A stretch of 50,920 bases of DNA, from contig JANXCY010000015.1 of assembly GCA_025060135.1 (NCBI GenBank), positions 1-50,920 on the forward strand, given 5' to 3'. How positions within the stretch are numbered: position 1 is the first letter of the stretch; the number at the start of each line of letters is the position of its first letter. The notes under the pieces are model-generated. The model ran no database searches and was not told the DNA's origin. It worked only from the letters and a program-made list of their open reading frames with translations. Position numbers and translations under genes: made by a program. Source of the DNA: Anaerolineae bacterium (lineage in GTDB: Bacteria; Chloroflexota; Anaerolineae; B4-G1; DUEL01). Positions 22,601 through 32,638 of the stretch are shown in pieces.

Positions 22601-23878
22601 ATGGCAACAGACCGACCGTCTCTGCGGGGGCATCTACCCCACGGTGTGCAGGACCTGTTTCTGAGCGAGGCGAGTCGCCGTCGCCAGGCCGAAGCCGTTC
22701 TGCGGGACCTCTTCGCGCGCTGGGCCTACCGGGAGTTGATCCCGCCCACCTTTGAGTACGAAGACACCCTGGTCATCGGTGCCGGCTCCGACCTGCGTCA
22801 GGCGATGTACCGCTTCTTTGATCGTGAGGGGCACACGCTGGCCTTGCGCGCCGATTTTACCACCCAGGTCGCCCGCATGGCCGCCACCAAGTTGCTGGAT
22901 CAGCCCCTGCCCCTGCGATGTTTCTACATCGGTAGCGTCTTCCGGTACGAGGAACCGCAGGTGGGCCATCAGCGGGAATTTACCCAGGCAGGCGTGGAAC
23001 TGATTGGCGCCAGTACTCCCGCTGCCGATGCGGAGGTAGTCGCCCTGGCCGCAGCGGCGCTGGAGGCGCTGGATGTGCCCAACTTTCAAATCATCTTGGG
23101 ACAGATGGCGCTCTTCCGGGCACTGACGGCTGGCCTGCGGGCCGATGACCTGGAGCGAATCCGCGCAGCCATTGACCAGCGCAATCCCTTCCGTCTGCAG
23201 AAGGCCCTGGACGCCGCCGGAATGACCGGCTCCCAGCGGGCCCTGCTGGCCAGCCTGCCTGAGCGGATCGGCGGCCCCGAAGTGCTGGAGGAGGCCCTGG
23301 CCTTCGGCGGAGCCGTGGCCAGCGCCGCCGAAGCCCTGGCCGAGGTCTATCGCTTGCTGGACGCCTACGGCATCGCCGGGCGTGTCATCCTGGACCTGGG
23401 CGAAGTGCGGGGGATGGATTACTACACAGGCATCACGTTCCGGGGAGTGGCCCCTGGCCTGGGCTGGCCGTTGCTCAGCGGCGGCCGCTACGATGAACTC
23501 CTGGGCCAGTTCGGGCGACCTCTGGCCGCCGTGGGCTTCGGCCTGGGCATTGAACGGGCCCTCCTGGCTCAGGCCCCCCAGACGTGCTTCGCTCCCTCCT
23601 TAGCCCCTCATCTGGTGGTGCAGGGGTGCATCCACCCCCCCTGTCTGAGCCTGGTGCGACGGCTGCGTCAGGCGGGATACCGGGTGGAGGTGGATGTGTT
23701 GGGCCGTCAGGGAGCCGACCTGCGGGCATATGCTCACTCCCAGGGATGTCGCCGCACCCTCCACTGCACTGGCGATAGCGGCCCGCAGGGTCCGCTCTGG
23801 CAATTCAGCGATGAGCGCGGAGAACGGACTGTAACCGGAGACCAATTGTGGGAGGAAGCCAAAAAGTGGAACGATTAA
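22601..23878 (+). CDS. hisZ: ATP phosphoribosyltransferase regulatory subunit (HisRS paralog)
   Basis: Class-II aaRS-like core without an anticodon domain, RADFTTQ, FRYEEPQ motifs. Start at the internal ATG after GGAG. Confidence 0.8.
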   Translation: MATDRPSLRGHLPHGVQDLFLSEASRRRQAEAVLRDLFARWAYRELIPPTFEYEDTLVIGAGSDLRQAMYRFFDREGHTLALRADFTTQVARMAATKLLDQPLPLRCFYIGSVFRYEEPQVGHQREFTQAGVELIGASTPAADAEVVALAAAALEALDVPNFQIILGQMALFRALTAGLRADDLERIRAAIDQRNPFRLQKALDAAGMTGSQRALLASLPERIGGPEVLEEALAFGGAVASAAEALAEVYRLLDAYGIAGRVILDLGEVRGMDYYTGITFRGVAPGLGWPLLSGGRYDELLGQFGRPLAAVGFGLGIERALLAQAPQTCFAPSLAPHLVVQGCIHPPCLSLVRRLRQAGYRVEVDVLGRQGADLRAYAHSQGCRRTLHCTGDSGPQGPLWQFSDERGERTVTGDQLWEEAKKWND

Positions 23879-24540
23879 CTGTGGCCCTGCCCAAGGGCCG
23901 TTTGCTGGAACCCAGTGTGAGCCTCTTTCAGCGTTTGGGCTATGCCTGTACCCTGGGCAATGGCTCTCGCCAACTGGTGGCAGACGAGCCAGCGGCTGGC
24001 CTGCGTTTTCTGCTGACCAAGGCCAGCGATGTACCGGTGTACGTGGAATACGGCGCGGCCGACCTGGGCATCGTGGGCCAGGACGTGCTCCGGGAGAGCG
24101 GCCGCGACGTGTATGAGCCGCTCCAACTGGACTTCGGCCATTGCCGGATGGTGCTGGCCGGGGCCCCCCACCACGTCGGGCGCGACTTCCGGCTGGTCAG
24201 CAACGTGCGGGTGGCGACCAAATACCCCCGTCTGGCCCGGGCCTATTTCCTCCAACAGGGCATCTCCGCCGAAATCATCCCCCTCACCGGCGCGGTGGAA
24301 CTGGCCCCGCGCGTCGGCCTGGCGGACCTGCTGGTAGACATCGTGGCCACCGGCCAGACGTTGCGGGAGAACGGCCTGGTGGAACTGGCAGAGATTATGA
24401 AATGTCAGGCCACGCTGATCGTGAACCGCGTGGCCCATCGGCTGCGGCTGGCGGAAATCCGTTGCCTGCTGGCAGCCATTGAAAGCGTCAGAGAACTCCG
24501 CGAGCCGGAGAGTCCACAAGAAGAGGGGAGGAGCCCGTGA
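23866..24540 (+). CDS. hisG: ATP phosphoribosyltransferase, short form
   Basis: LTVALPKGRL start, DLVDIVATGQTL. GTG at 23866 lies 9 nt after GGAGGA. Alternative ATG at 23848. Confidence 0.8.
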   Translation: MERLTVALPKGRLLEPSVSLFQRLGYACTLGNGSRQLVADEPAAGLRFLLTKASDVPVYVEYGAADLGIVGQDVLRESGRDVYEPLQLDFGHCRMVLAGAPHHVGRDFRLVSNVRVATKYPRLARAYFLQQGISAEIIPLTGAVELAPRVGLADLLVDIVATGQTLRENGLVELAEIMKCQATLIVNRVAHRLRLAEIRCLLAAIESVRELREPESPQEEGRSP

Positions 24541-25916
24541 GCCGAAAAACCTCCGAACCGAGCCATACAACGATCCGTCTGATTGAGGGAACAGCGGCAG
24601 GGCAGGCCTACATCGCCCAGTTGCGGGCGGGGCTGGAGCCTCCACCAACACCCGCCCTGCGCGCCCGGCTGCGGGAAATCTTCGGGCAGGAATGGACTCC
24701 TCAGGAGGCTGTGGCCCACATCGTCGCCGATGTGCGCCAGAGGGGGGACGCAGCCCTCCGCGACTACACCCGTCGGATTGATGGCGTGGCGCTGGATGCA
24801 TTCGTGGCCGATGCAGCGGCCCTGGAATCCGCCTATCAGTCCATGCCAGCCGACCTCCGGGAGGCGCTCCACCTGGCGGCCGAACGCATCCGGGCTTTTC
24901 ACGAACGGGAGCCGCGCGCATCCTGGCTGGAGTGGGACGAAGAGGGAGGCGCACTGGGCCAGTTGCTCCGACCGGTGCGCCGGGTGGGGATCTACGTGCC
25001 GGGCGGCCGCGCAGCCTACCCCTCTTCGCTCCTGATGACCGTGATCCCGGCCCAGGTGGCGGGAGTGGAGGACATCGTCGTTGCTACGCCGCCTGGCCCT
25101 GAAGGCAAGGGCTCACCGGTCATCCTGGCCGCCGCGCACGTGGTGGGACTGAACCGGGTCTTTCTCATAGGGGGCGCGCAGGCGGTGGCCGCGATGGCGT
25201 ATGGGACGGAAACTGTCCCCCGCGTGGATAAAATTTGTGGCACCGGAGGACTCTTCGTCACCCTGGCCAAAAAGCACGTTTTCGGCACCGTGGGGATTGA
25301 CGGCCTCTACGGCCCCACCGAAACACTGATTATCGCCGACGAGACCGCCGATCCTGCGCTGGCGGCGGCCGACCTACTGGCTCAGGCCGAGCACGACCCG
25401 CTGGCGACCCCGCTGCTCATCACCCCCTCCCGGCAGCTGGCTCAGGCGGTACAGGCGGAGATAGAACGGCAACTCCCGGCCCTGGAGCGGGCTGAGACCG
25501 TCGCGGCCGCGCTGCACGGCCAGGGAGCCATCATCCTGGTCGCCAGCCTGGACGAGGCGCTGGCTCTGGCCGACCAGTTCGCGCCAGAGCACCTCTGCCT
25601 ATCGGTAGCGGAGCCCTGGCGGCTGGTGGGGCAAGTGCACAACGCAGGAGGAATCTTCGTAGGCGAGTGGGCCGCTGAGGCGCTGGGGGATTACGTCCTC
25701 GGCCCCAGCCACGCCATGCCAACGGGTGGCACCGCCCGTTTCGCCTCCCCTCTCACCGTGCGGGATTTCCTGAAAGTAACCAGCATCTTCGCCCCCGCCC
25801 CACCAACCACCCACCGGCTGGCAGCCGCCGCCCAGACGCTGGCCCGCGCCGAAGGGCTGACGGCTCACGCCGCGGCCATCGCCCTCCGTCAGGATAAAGG
25901 AGCAGAGCATGAGTAA
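24537..25916 (+). CDS. hisD: Histidinol dehydrogenase
   Basis: Characteristic IYVPGG...YPSS and HA.PTGG regions. GTGA overlap with hisG. Confidence 0.9.
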   Translation: MSRKTSEPSHTTIRLIEGTAAGQAYIAQLRAGLEPPPTPALRARLREIFGQEWTPQEAVAHIVADVRQRGDAALRDYTRRIDGVALDAFVADAAALESAYQSMPADLREALHLAAERIRAFHEREPRASWLEWDEEGGALGQLLRPVRRVGIYVPGGRAAYPSSLLMTVIPAQVAGVEDIVVATPPGPEGKGSPVILAAAHVVGLNRVFLIGGAQAVAAMAYGTETVPRVDKICGTGGLFVTLAKKHVFGTVGIDGLYGPTETLIIADETADPALAAADLLAQAEHDPLATPLLITPSRQLAQAVQAEIERQLPALERAETVAAALHGQGAIILVASLDEALALADQFAPEHLCLSVAEPWRLVGQVHNAGGIFVGEWAAEALGDYVLGPSHAMPTGGTARFASPLTVRDFLKVTSIFAPAPPTTHRLAAAAQTLARAEGLTAHAAAIALRQDKGAEHE

Positions 25917-26505
25917 AACCTCTCGGCAGGCGCGGGTAACGCGGAGAACAGCCGAGACCGAAATAGAGGTGGCTCTGACCCTGGACGGCCAGGGACACTA
26001 CCACGGAACGACCGGCCTGGGATTTCTGGACCACCTGTTAGCCCAGGTCGCCGTCCATGGCCGGCTGGACCTGGAAGTGCGCGCGCGAGGCGACCAGGAA
26101 GTGGACGAGCACCACACGGTAGAAGATGTGGCCATTGCCCTGGGACAGGCGGTGGATCAGGCCCTGGGCGACCGACAAGGGATCACCCGGATGGGGTGTG
26201 CCTGTGTGCCCATGGACGAGGCGCTGGCACAGGTGGTGGTGGACCTGAGCGGACGGCCCTACGCCGTTGTGGAGGTGGACTTCCGTGCCCCCCGTCTGGG
26301 CGCGGTGGATAGCGACCTGGTGATCCACTTTCTGGAGACGCTGGCGGTCCATGGGCGGATGAGCCTTCATGCCCATGTGCTTTACGGCCGCAACGACCAC
26401 CACAAGGCCGAGGCCCTGTTCAAGGCCCTGGGTCGGGCCTTGGATAGCGCCGCCCGCCTGGACCCCCGGCGCCCCGGGGTGCCATCCACGAAGGGCACGC
26501 TGTAA
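25909..26505 (+). CDS. hisB: Imidazoleglycerol-phosphate dehydratase (monofunctional)
   Basis: [16 protein letters not shown], metal-binding His clusters. Confidence 0.9.
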   Translation: MSKTSRQARVTRRTAETEIEVALTLDGQGHYHGTTGLGFLDHLLAQVAVHGRLDLEVRARGDQEVDEHHTVEDVAIALGQAVDQALGDRQGITRMGCACVPMDEALAQVVVDLSGRPYAVVEVDFRAPRLGAVDSDLVIHFLETLAVHGRMSLHAHVLYGRNDHHKAEALFKALGRALDSAARLDPRRPGVPSTKGTL

Positions 26506-26537
26506 CCGGACGCCCTCCACTCTATAGGAGACGGCGC

Positions 26538-27197
26538 ATGATCGCTATCGTGGACTACGGAATGGGCAATCTGCGCAACGTCCAGAAAGCGGTGGAGCGG
26601 GCAGGCGGTCAAGCCCTCATCACCGATGACCCCACTGTACTGAAGGCCGCCCGGAGCATCATCCTGCCCGGGGTGGGAGCCTTCGGTGATGCCATGCAGA
26701 ACCTGCGCGAGCGCCGCCTGATCGCACCGCTACGAGAAGAAAGCGCGAAGGGCAAACCCCTCCTGGGTATCTGTCTGGGCATGCAACTCCTGTTTGAAGA
26801 GAGCGAAGAAATGGGTGTCCATCCGGGGTTGGGCCTTCTGCCTGGCCGGGTGGTTCACCTTGCATCCCTGATGAAAGAACATCCGGCCTGGGAGCCCTCC
26901 CCTCTCCGGGTCCCCCACATCGGCTGGAATCAACTCCACATCCATCGCCTGGCTCCCTTGCTGGCCGGCATCCCCGACCGGAGTTACGCCTACTTTGCCC
27001 ATTCCTACTGCGTCCTTCCGACCGATCGTTCCATCGTGCTGACGACAACCGATTACGGCGTAGAGTTTGTCTCCATGATTGGATGCGGCAACCTTTTCGG
27101 AGTCCAGTTCCACCCGGAGAAAAGCCAGGAAGTGGGACGGCGGGTGCTTTCCAACTTCGTCCATCTCAGCGAAGCGTGGGGAGGCAGTCAGCGGTGA
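26538..27197 (+). CDS. hisH: Imidazole glycerol phosphate synthase, glutamine amidotransferase subunit
   Basis: [18 protein letters not shown] (catalytic Cys), FHPEKS. Confidence 0.9.
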   Translation: MIAIVDYGMGNLRNVQKAVERAGGQALITDDPTVLKAARSIILPGVGAFGDAMQNLRERRLIAPLREESAKGKPLLGICLGMQLLFEESEEMGVHPGLGLLPGRVVHLASLMKEHPAWEPSPLRVPHIGWNQLHIHRLAPLLAGIPDRSYAYFAHSYCVLPTDRSIVLTTTDYGVEFVSMIGCGNLFGVQFHPEKSQEVGRRVLSNFVHLSEAWGGSQR

Positions 27198-28018
27198 TCG
27201 TCTTCCCGGCCATTGACCTGCGGCAGGGGCGGGTGGTACGGCTGCGACAGGGAGAGACCCGCGCGGAAACGGTATATGCGGACGATCCGGCGGCGGTGGC
27301 CCGGCAATGGGTAGCCCAGGGGGCCGAATGGTTACACGTGGTTGACCTGGATGGCGCTCTCAACTCATCGTCGGGTCGGCAACACCCATCCTCGCTCTCC
27401 CTGAACCTGCAACGCCTGCGGGAGATTCGGGCAGCCGTACCCGAAACCCCGATCCAGTTCGGCGGCGGACTACGTACCATGGAAGACATGGCGCGGGCGC
27501 TGGAACTGGGCGCAACCCGGGTGGTCCTGGGGACCATCGCCGTGCAGGACCCGGACCGAGTGGCAGAGGCCGTGCGGCGCTTCGGGGCGGAACGGGTGGC
27601 CGTGGCCCTGGATGCCCGGGAAGGTCGGGTGGCCACCCACGGCTGGCAGAAAACATCGGAGATCCCGGTGGTAGCGCTGGGCCGGGCCATGCGGGACCGG
27701 GGCGTGCGATATGCCCTCTACACCGACATTCTTCGGGACGGAATGCTGACAGGCATAGACGTGATGGCTATAGCGACCCTGGCTCGGGCGACTGGGTTGC
27801 AGGTCATCGCCTCCGGAGGGGTGGCCACCCTAGACGATGTGCGTCGCTTGCGCGCCTATGAGCCCTGGGGCGTCATCGGTGTCATCATCGGCCAGGCGTT
27901 ATACAGCGGCACCCTCTCCCTGACGGAGGCTCTGCACGTGGCCCAGGGCCAGGCGCCACCCTCCCGCGAGGAGCTCCCTCCGAACCATACGGGCCGAACA
28001 TCCGCCGTGGAACTTTAA
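27194..28018 (+). CDS. hisA: ProFAR isomerase
   Basis: VIVFPAIDL...GGGLR. GTG overlapping the hisH stop. Confidence 0.85.
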   Translation: MIVFPAIDLRQGRVVRLRQGETRAETVYADDPAAVARQWVAQGAEWLHVVDLDGALNSSSGRQHPSSLSLNLQRLREIRAAVPETPIQFGGGLRTMEDMARALELGATRVVLGTIAVQDPDRVAEAVRRFGAERVAVALDAREGRVATHGWQKTSEIPVVALGRAMRDRGVRYALYTDILRDGMLTGIDVMAIATLARATGLQVIASGGVATLDDVRRLRAYEPWGVIGVIIGQALYSGTLSLTEALHVAQGQAPPSREELPPNHTGRTSAVEL

Positions 28019-28038
28019 GAAGGCCGTCCATCCCGTAC

Positions 28039-28083
28039 GCAGGCCGCCCGGCCTGCCAGATGTAGCGCAGGCCGCCCGGCCTG
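28039..28083. repeat. Two tandem REP-like elements (gcaggccgcccggcctg) between hisA and hisF
   Basis: Direct match to the 4346-4366 unit. Confidence 0.65.
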
Positions 28084-28185
28084 TTGAGGGAGAGACAATC
28101 CGCTCTACGCCAAAGGTTAGCACCATTGGCCGAAAAGCCTTTTCTTCCAGCATGACATCAGTAACTCCGGAAGGGAGCAAAGAAG

Positions 28186-28998
28186 ATGCTGGCCAAACGC
28201 ATTATCCCCTGTCTGGACGTGAAGGACGGACGGGTGGTCAAGGGAATCCACTTCTGCGAGTTGCGGGATGCGGGCGACCCGGTAGAGCAGGCCCGGGTGT
28301 ACGACGCCGAAGGGGCCGATGAACTGGTCTTTCTGGACATAACCGCTTCTCATGAGCGCCGGGACATCGTGGCCGATATGGTGCGTCGGGTGGCCGATGA
28401 AATCTCCATCCCGTTCACCGTCGGTGGTGGGTTACGCACCGTTGAGGACATCCGGGCCATCCTGATGGCGGGTGCGGATAAAGTCTCTATTAACACCGCT
28501 GCGGTCCTCCGGCCAGAACTGATCACCGAAGCTGCCCGGCGGTTCGGCAGCCAATGCATCGTGGTCGCCATTGACGCCAAACGAGTTACGGAACGGGATC
28601 TCCAACCCTCCAGGCCCGGGCGAGCAGAAGGACTTCCACCGGTTACCTGGGAAGTCTACACCCACGGTGGACGCACACCGACAGGCCGGGACGCGGTCGC
28701 CTGGGCACAAGAAGCAGAAGCGCGCGGGGCCGGCGAAATCCTGCTGACCAGCATGGACTGTGACGGCACCCAGGACGGCTACGACCTGGAACTGACCCGG
28801 GCCGTGGCTTCGGCGGTCTCCATTCCGGTCATTGCTTCTGGGGGAGCGGGGCACCCGGAGCACTTCTACCAGGTGCTGACCGAGGGTCTGGCCAGCGCGG
28901 CGCTGGCGGCCTCGCTCTTCCACTACCGCCAGTTGCGCATCGCCGACCTCAAAGCCTACCTGGCCGCGCGCGGGGTACCGATCCGGCAGACAATATAG
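28186..28998 (+). CDS. hisF: Imidazole glycerol phosphate synthase cyclase subunit
   Basis: [12 protein letters not shown](L/I)R. Carries a ~13-15 aa insertion after AIDAKR relative to typical HisF. Confidence 0.9.
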   Translation: MLAKRIIPCLDVKDGRVVKGIHFCELRDAGDPVEQARVYDAEGADELVFLDITASHERRDIVADMVRRVADEISIPFTVGGGLRTVEDIRAILMAGADKVSINTAAVLRPELITEAARRFGSQCIVVAIDAKRVTERDLQPSRPGRAEGLPPVTWEVYTHGGRTPTGRDAVAWAQEAEARGAGEILLTSMDCDGTQDGYDLELTRAVASAVSIPVIASGGAGHPEHFYQVLTEGLASAALAASLFHYRQLRIADLKAYLAARGVPIRQTI

Positions 28999-29058
28999 CG
29001 CAGGCCGCTGTACCAGGCCGCCCGGCCTGCGGAATGTAGCGCAGACCGCCCGGCTTGG
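28996..29058. repeat. REP-like elements (tagcgcaggccgctgtaccaggccgcccggcctg ... tagcgcagaccgcccggcttgg) between hisF and hisIE
   Basis: Direct match, variant copies. Confidence 0.6.
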
Positions 29059-29100
29059 AGTACCTGGGGTACTTTCCAAACATGCTCTAGGAGGAGTCGA

Positions 29101-29718
29101 ATGGAACCCGAGATCGCCTGGGATGAGCGGGGGCTGGTGCCAGCGGTGGTGCAGGATGCCCGTACTGGTCAAGTCCTTATGCTGGCCTACATGAACGCCG
29201 AAGCCCTGGCCCGCACGCTGGCAACCGGTGAGACCTGGTTCTGGAGCCGGAGCCGAGAGGAACTGTGGCACAAAGGAGCCACGTCGGGGAATACCCAGCG
29301 GGTGGTGGAAATCCGCTACGATTGCGATGCCGATGCCCTGCTGGTGCGGGTGGAGCCCCGCGGCCCAGCCTGCCACACCGGCCATCCCACTTGCTTCTAC
29401 CGCTCCCTCTCGGGCACTCCGGAAGAATCGGTGGAAGTACCGGTGCTGGAGCACCTCTGGGCCATCATCCAGGACCGCAGAGCCCGGCCCCGGGAGGGCT
29501 CCTATACCTGCCACCTGTTGAACGCTGGCGAACCGGAGATCCTGAAGAAACTGGGCGAGGAGGCCATAGAAGTGATTGTCGCTGCCCAATCCCAGGGCAA
29601 CCCCCGATTCATCAGCGAACTGGCGGACCTGGTATACCACATCCTGGTCCTCCTGGCCGCGCGCGGCCTTTCCTGGGCCGACGTGGAAGCCGAACTGGCG
29701 CGGCGGTTTCCGAAATAA
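29101..29718 (+). CDS. hisIE: Bifunctional phosphoribosyl-AMP cyclohydrolase / phosphoribosyl-ATP pyrophosphatase
   Basis: HisI core [17 protein letters not shown]...CHTG followed by a HisE MazG-like tail. Confidence 0.9.
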   Translation: MEPEIAWDERGLVPAVVQDARTGQVLMLAYMNAEALARTLATGETWFWSRSREELWHKGATSGNTQRVVEIRYDCDADALLVRVEPRGPACHTGHPTCFYRSLSGTPEESVEVPVLEHLWAIIQDRRARPREGSYTCHLLNAGEPEILKKLGEEAIEVIVAAQSQGNPRFISELADLVYHILVLLAARGLSWADVEAELARRFPK

Positions 29719-29746
29719 CCGGACCGACGCGCGGATCCGACTGGAC

Positions 29747-29765
29747 ACAGGCCAACCAGGCCTGT
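29747..29765. repeat. REP-like hairpin acaggcc-aacca-ggcctgt
   Basis: Inverted repeat between hisIE and trkA. Confidence 0.5.
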
Positions 29766-29789
29766 CAGCAGTAGATTGAGGGAAAATCT

Positions 29790-30461
29790 ATGCACATCAT
29801 CATTGTGGGTTGTGGACGGACCGGTGCGCTCCTGGCCCGCACCCTGGCAGGGCGGGGACACCAAATTGTGGTGGTGGATCCGAATCCGGACCAGTTTCTC
29901 CGGCTGGGGCCGGATTTTCGCGGCCGGACCATCACCGGCCTGGGATTTGACCGGGATGTCCTCTTGCGGGCCGGGATTGATCACGCTCAGGGCCTGGCAG
30001 CCGTCACCAGCGACGAGATGGCGAACCTCCTGGTGGCCTTTATTGCCCGCCACCATTACCACGTCCCCAACGTGGTTGCGCGCCTCTTTGAGCCGGAGCG
30101 GGCGGCCCTCTATCAGGCCATCGGTGTCCCGGCGGTAACAGCGGCGGAATGGCGGGTCCATCGGCTGGAACAGATGCTCTGCCAGCCCGCGCTGCACGTG
30201 GTGGACACCCTGGGCAACGGGGAGGTGGTCATTGTGGAACTGCGGGTTCCCCCGGCATGGGCAGGCCAACCCTTCTCCTTCCTCTTCGTTCCGGAAAAAG
30301 CTGTCCCCACCGTGCTGATTCGCGGGGGCACGGCCCATATTCCCAAGCCAGACAGAGTACTGGAGACCGGGGACATCGTCCGCCTCAGCGTGGCTACCGA
30401 AGCGCTGGAAGACCTGCGGGCCCGGCTGACCCAGGCAGGAGGAGTCGAATGCGTGTCCTGA
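29790..30461 (+). CDS. trkA: TrkA/KtrA-type K+ transport regulatory protein (RCK: TrkA-N + TrkA-C)
   Basis: IIIVGCGRTG Rossmann motif, C-terminal RCK_C. Confidence 0.75.
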   Translation: MHIIIVGCGRTGALLARTLAGRGHQIVVVDPNPDQFLRLGPDFRGRTITGLGFDRDVLLRAGIDHAQGLAAVTSDEMANLLVAFIARHHYHVPNVVARLFEPERAALYQAIGVPAVTAAEWRVHRLEQMLCQPALHVVDTLGNGEVVIVELRVPPAWAGQPFSFLFVPEKAVPTVLIRGGTAHIPKPDRVLETGDIVRLSVATEALEDLRARLTQAGGVECVS

Positions 30462-31129
30462 TCGTCGGCGGCGGCAAAGTCGGTTCCCATCTGGCTTCTC
30501 TCCTCCTGGCCGATGGGTACGAAGTCTGCGTGGTGGAAAACCGTGCCTCTGTACTGGCTCGCCTCTACCGGGAACTCCCCACCGAGGTGGTGATGGACGG
30601 TGACGGAACCCGACTGAGCACCCTGGAACAGGCCGGTGCTCGCTTCTCCGATGTTCTGGTTGCCGTCACCGGCGACGATGAGGTCAACCTGGCTGTGGCT
30701 ATGATGGGCCGGTTCATCTTCCACGTACCCCGTATCATTGCCCGGGTCAATAACCCTCGCAATGCCTGGCTTTTCACCCCGGAAGCCGGTGTGGATGTCG
30801 CCCTGAACCAATCGGACCTCCTGGCCAAACTGATCGCCGAAGAGATGTCTCTGGGAGATATGATGACGCTGGTCCGACTGCGGCGAGGGGAACTGGCAAT
30901 TGTGACGGAGAAACTGGAAGAAGGAGCCCAGGCCGATGGTCGACGCATCGCGGACCTTTCCCTTCCCCCGGACTGCCTGGTGATGGCAGTGGTGCGAGGC
31001 GAAGACATCGTGGTTCCCCGGGGGGATACCGTCCTCCGGCCCGGCGACGAGGTCCTGGCACTGGTACATCGGGAGGCCGGGCGAGCCCTCCACGCCCTGT
31101 TGACCCGCTCCTCATCGGCCCGGCCATAG
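30449..31129 (+). CDS. trkA: Second TrkA/KtrA-type RCK protein (tandem paralog)
   Basis: MRVLIVGGGKVG. AGGAGG RBS. Overlaps the upstream paralog. Confidence 0.75.
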   Translation: MRVLIVGGGKVGSHLASLLLADGYEVCVVENRASVLARLYRELPTEVVMDGDGTRLSTLEQAGARFSDVLVAVTGDDEVNLAVAMMGRFIFHVPRIIARVNNPRNAWLFTPEAGVDVALNQSDLLAKLIAEEMSLGDMMTLVRLRRGELAIVTEKLEEGAQADGRRIADLSLPPDCLVMAVVRGEDIVVPRGDTVLRPGDEVLALVHREAGRALHALLTRSSSARP

Positions 31130-31261
31130 CCGGAAATCTAACGGGATGGCAGAGGCCCCCTCGTCGCAATCCCGCTGATTTTCCCCCGGACAACCAGCAC
31201 TCACTCCTGGCATCCGTGCCCATCAGGTATGACGTCCTCACAGGAGTGAGGATGACCATGG

Positions 31262-31350
31262 GCCGCAGGCCGCAGGCCTGTGCGTACAGATTAACAGCCT
31301 GCGCCCCAGGCACCGCAGGCCACCGCAGCGCAGGCCTGGCGGCCTGTACC
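31262..31350. repeat. Structured GC-rich repeats: ~45-bp imperfect palindrome (cgcaggcctgtgcgtacagattaacagcctgcgcc, 31266-31308) plus a REP-like unit at 31327-31350
   Basis: A near-copy of the 45-bp unit occurs in direct orientation at 40921-40967. Confidence 0.55.
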
Positions 31351-31645
31351 CCCCTCTCGCTACACGAAAACGTCAGGACTATGGCTATGTCCCCCCTGCA
31401 TCGGAGACCGGCGTTCCAGAGAACAGCGACCGTCCTGGTCTCAATGTTCGCTGAGAGCGTTGACAAAGCCTGGATTGGAGACGCGGAGACCCGGTTGTTG
31501 CGGAATGGCCTGGGATGAGTATAATATCCCCTGGAGCAGATGCCCCCGAGCCGTGCCCTGCAACTATTGGGGATGCCTCGTCCCCAGAACGGCCAGGCGG
31601 GCTGGCTGAATCGCCGAAAACCGGAATCCAGGCAGCCCATCCGCG

Positions 31646-32335
31646 ATGCCCGAGAAAATTCTGGTCATTGACGATGACGAAAACACCCGTCTGTTAATCC
31701 GGCGCCTCCTGAGCCAGGATTATCTGGTCTATACTGCCGCCAACGGCCCGGAAGGGCTGACCCTTTTCCCCCAGATCGCTCCAGACCTGGTCATCCTGGA
31801 TATTATGATGCCCGGTATGGATGGTCGGGAGGTGTGCCGCCGATTGCGACGCACCTCCACCGTCCCAATCCTCTTCCTGACTGCCCTGGACACTGAAAAA
31901 GACATCGTGGACGGCCTGATTGCCGGAGGGGACGACTATCTGGTCAAGCCTTTCGGGCCTGAAGAACTGCGAGCCCGGGTCTTCGCGCTCCTGCGGCGGG
32001 CCCGAATGCCAGCCCCTCAACCAGAGATTCTCCGGTTTGGCAACGGAGACCTCATCATCAACCGGGCCGAGCAGAAGGTCTTCGCCTATGGAAAAGAAGT
32101 TCCCCTTAGCCCCATAGAATACAACCTGTTGCTGTTTATGGCCCAGCGGGCCGGAGAAATCCTTTCCCCGCGCACCCTCTACCGCGCGATCTGGGGAAGT
32201 ACCGAGTCCGATACCAGCCTTCAGGTCGTCAAATGGTATATCTGGCACCTCCGTAAAAAGATAGAGGCCGACCCACGGAAAGCCCGTTTCATCATCACCG
32301 AGTGGGGAAAAGGCTACCGGTTCTCCCCTTTTTGA
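31646..32335 (+). CDS. OmpR/PhoB-family response regulator (REC + winged helix), orphan
   Basis: ILVIDDDE...DLVILDIMMPGMDG and C-terminal GKGYRF wing. Confidence 0.85.
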   Translation: MPEKILVIDDDENTRLLIRRLLSQDYLVYTAANGPEGLTLFPQIAPDLVILDIMMPGMDGREVCRRLRRTSTVPILFLTALDTEKDIVDGLIAGGDDYLVKPFGPEELRARVFALLRRARMPAPQPEILRFGNGDLIINRAEQKVFAYGKEVPLSPIEYNLLLFMAQRAGEILSPRTLYRAIWGSTESDTSLQVVKWYIWHLRKKIEADPRKARFIITEWGKGYRFSPF

Positions 32336-32486
32336 CAGCAGAAGTATCCCTGTCCTGTGTCCCCTGGCATCCCCCGATGCCTCCCCGCCATCCCTGATCA
32401 TCCGCTCCGTTCAACCCTCCCCCGGAAATCTCAAACCGGATTCAAACGACTCCCTGGTTTTTTCCAACCAGATTCCAACCTTCCGG

Positions 32487-32495
32487 TGATATAAT
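32487..32495 (+). promoter_or_regulatory. Candidate extended -10 (TGATATAAT) in an AT-rich island upstream of the first giant gene
   Basis: TGnTATAAT read directly. No good -35. Two ttccaacc direct repeats just upstream (32462-32480). Confidence 0.4.
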
Positions 32496-32638
32496 CCAAA
32501 ATGAACCCGGGCAATTCTCAACGCGGCGATTGGTTGTAAATCAAATATAAGAAATAAATACGGAGGAAAAAGAACATGGGCGGGTGGGAGCGTCTCATTC
32601 CGTTGGCCGATGCCAGATACCCAGAAAGGATACAACCA

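Noticed and set aside
31216-31518. 100-aa ORF in the long gap upstream of RR1
   Set aside because: No RBS and a low-complexity translation. The region is better explained as structured GC-rich repeats plus a promoter/leader for the regulator gene.
32576-32638. Upstream in-frame ATG (track start) for giant-1 with GGAGG 9 nt before it
   Set aside because: It would place 21 residues in front of a canonical signal peptide. The ATG at 32639 puts the signal peptide at the N-terminus. Kept as an alternative only.
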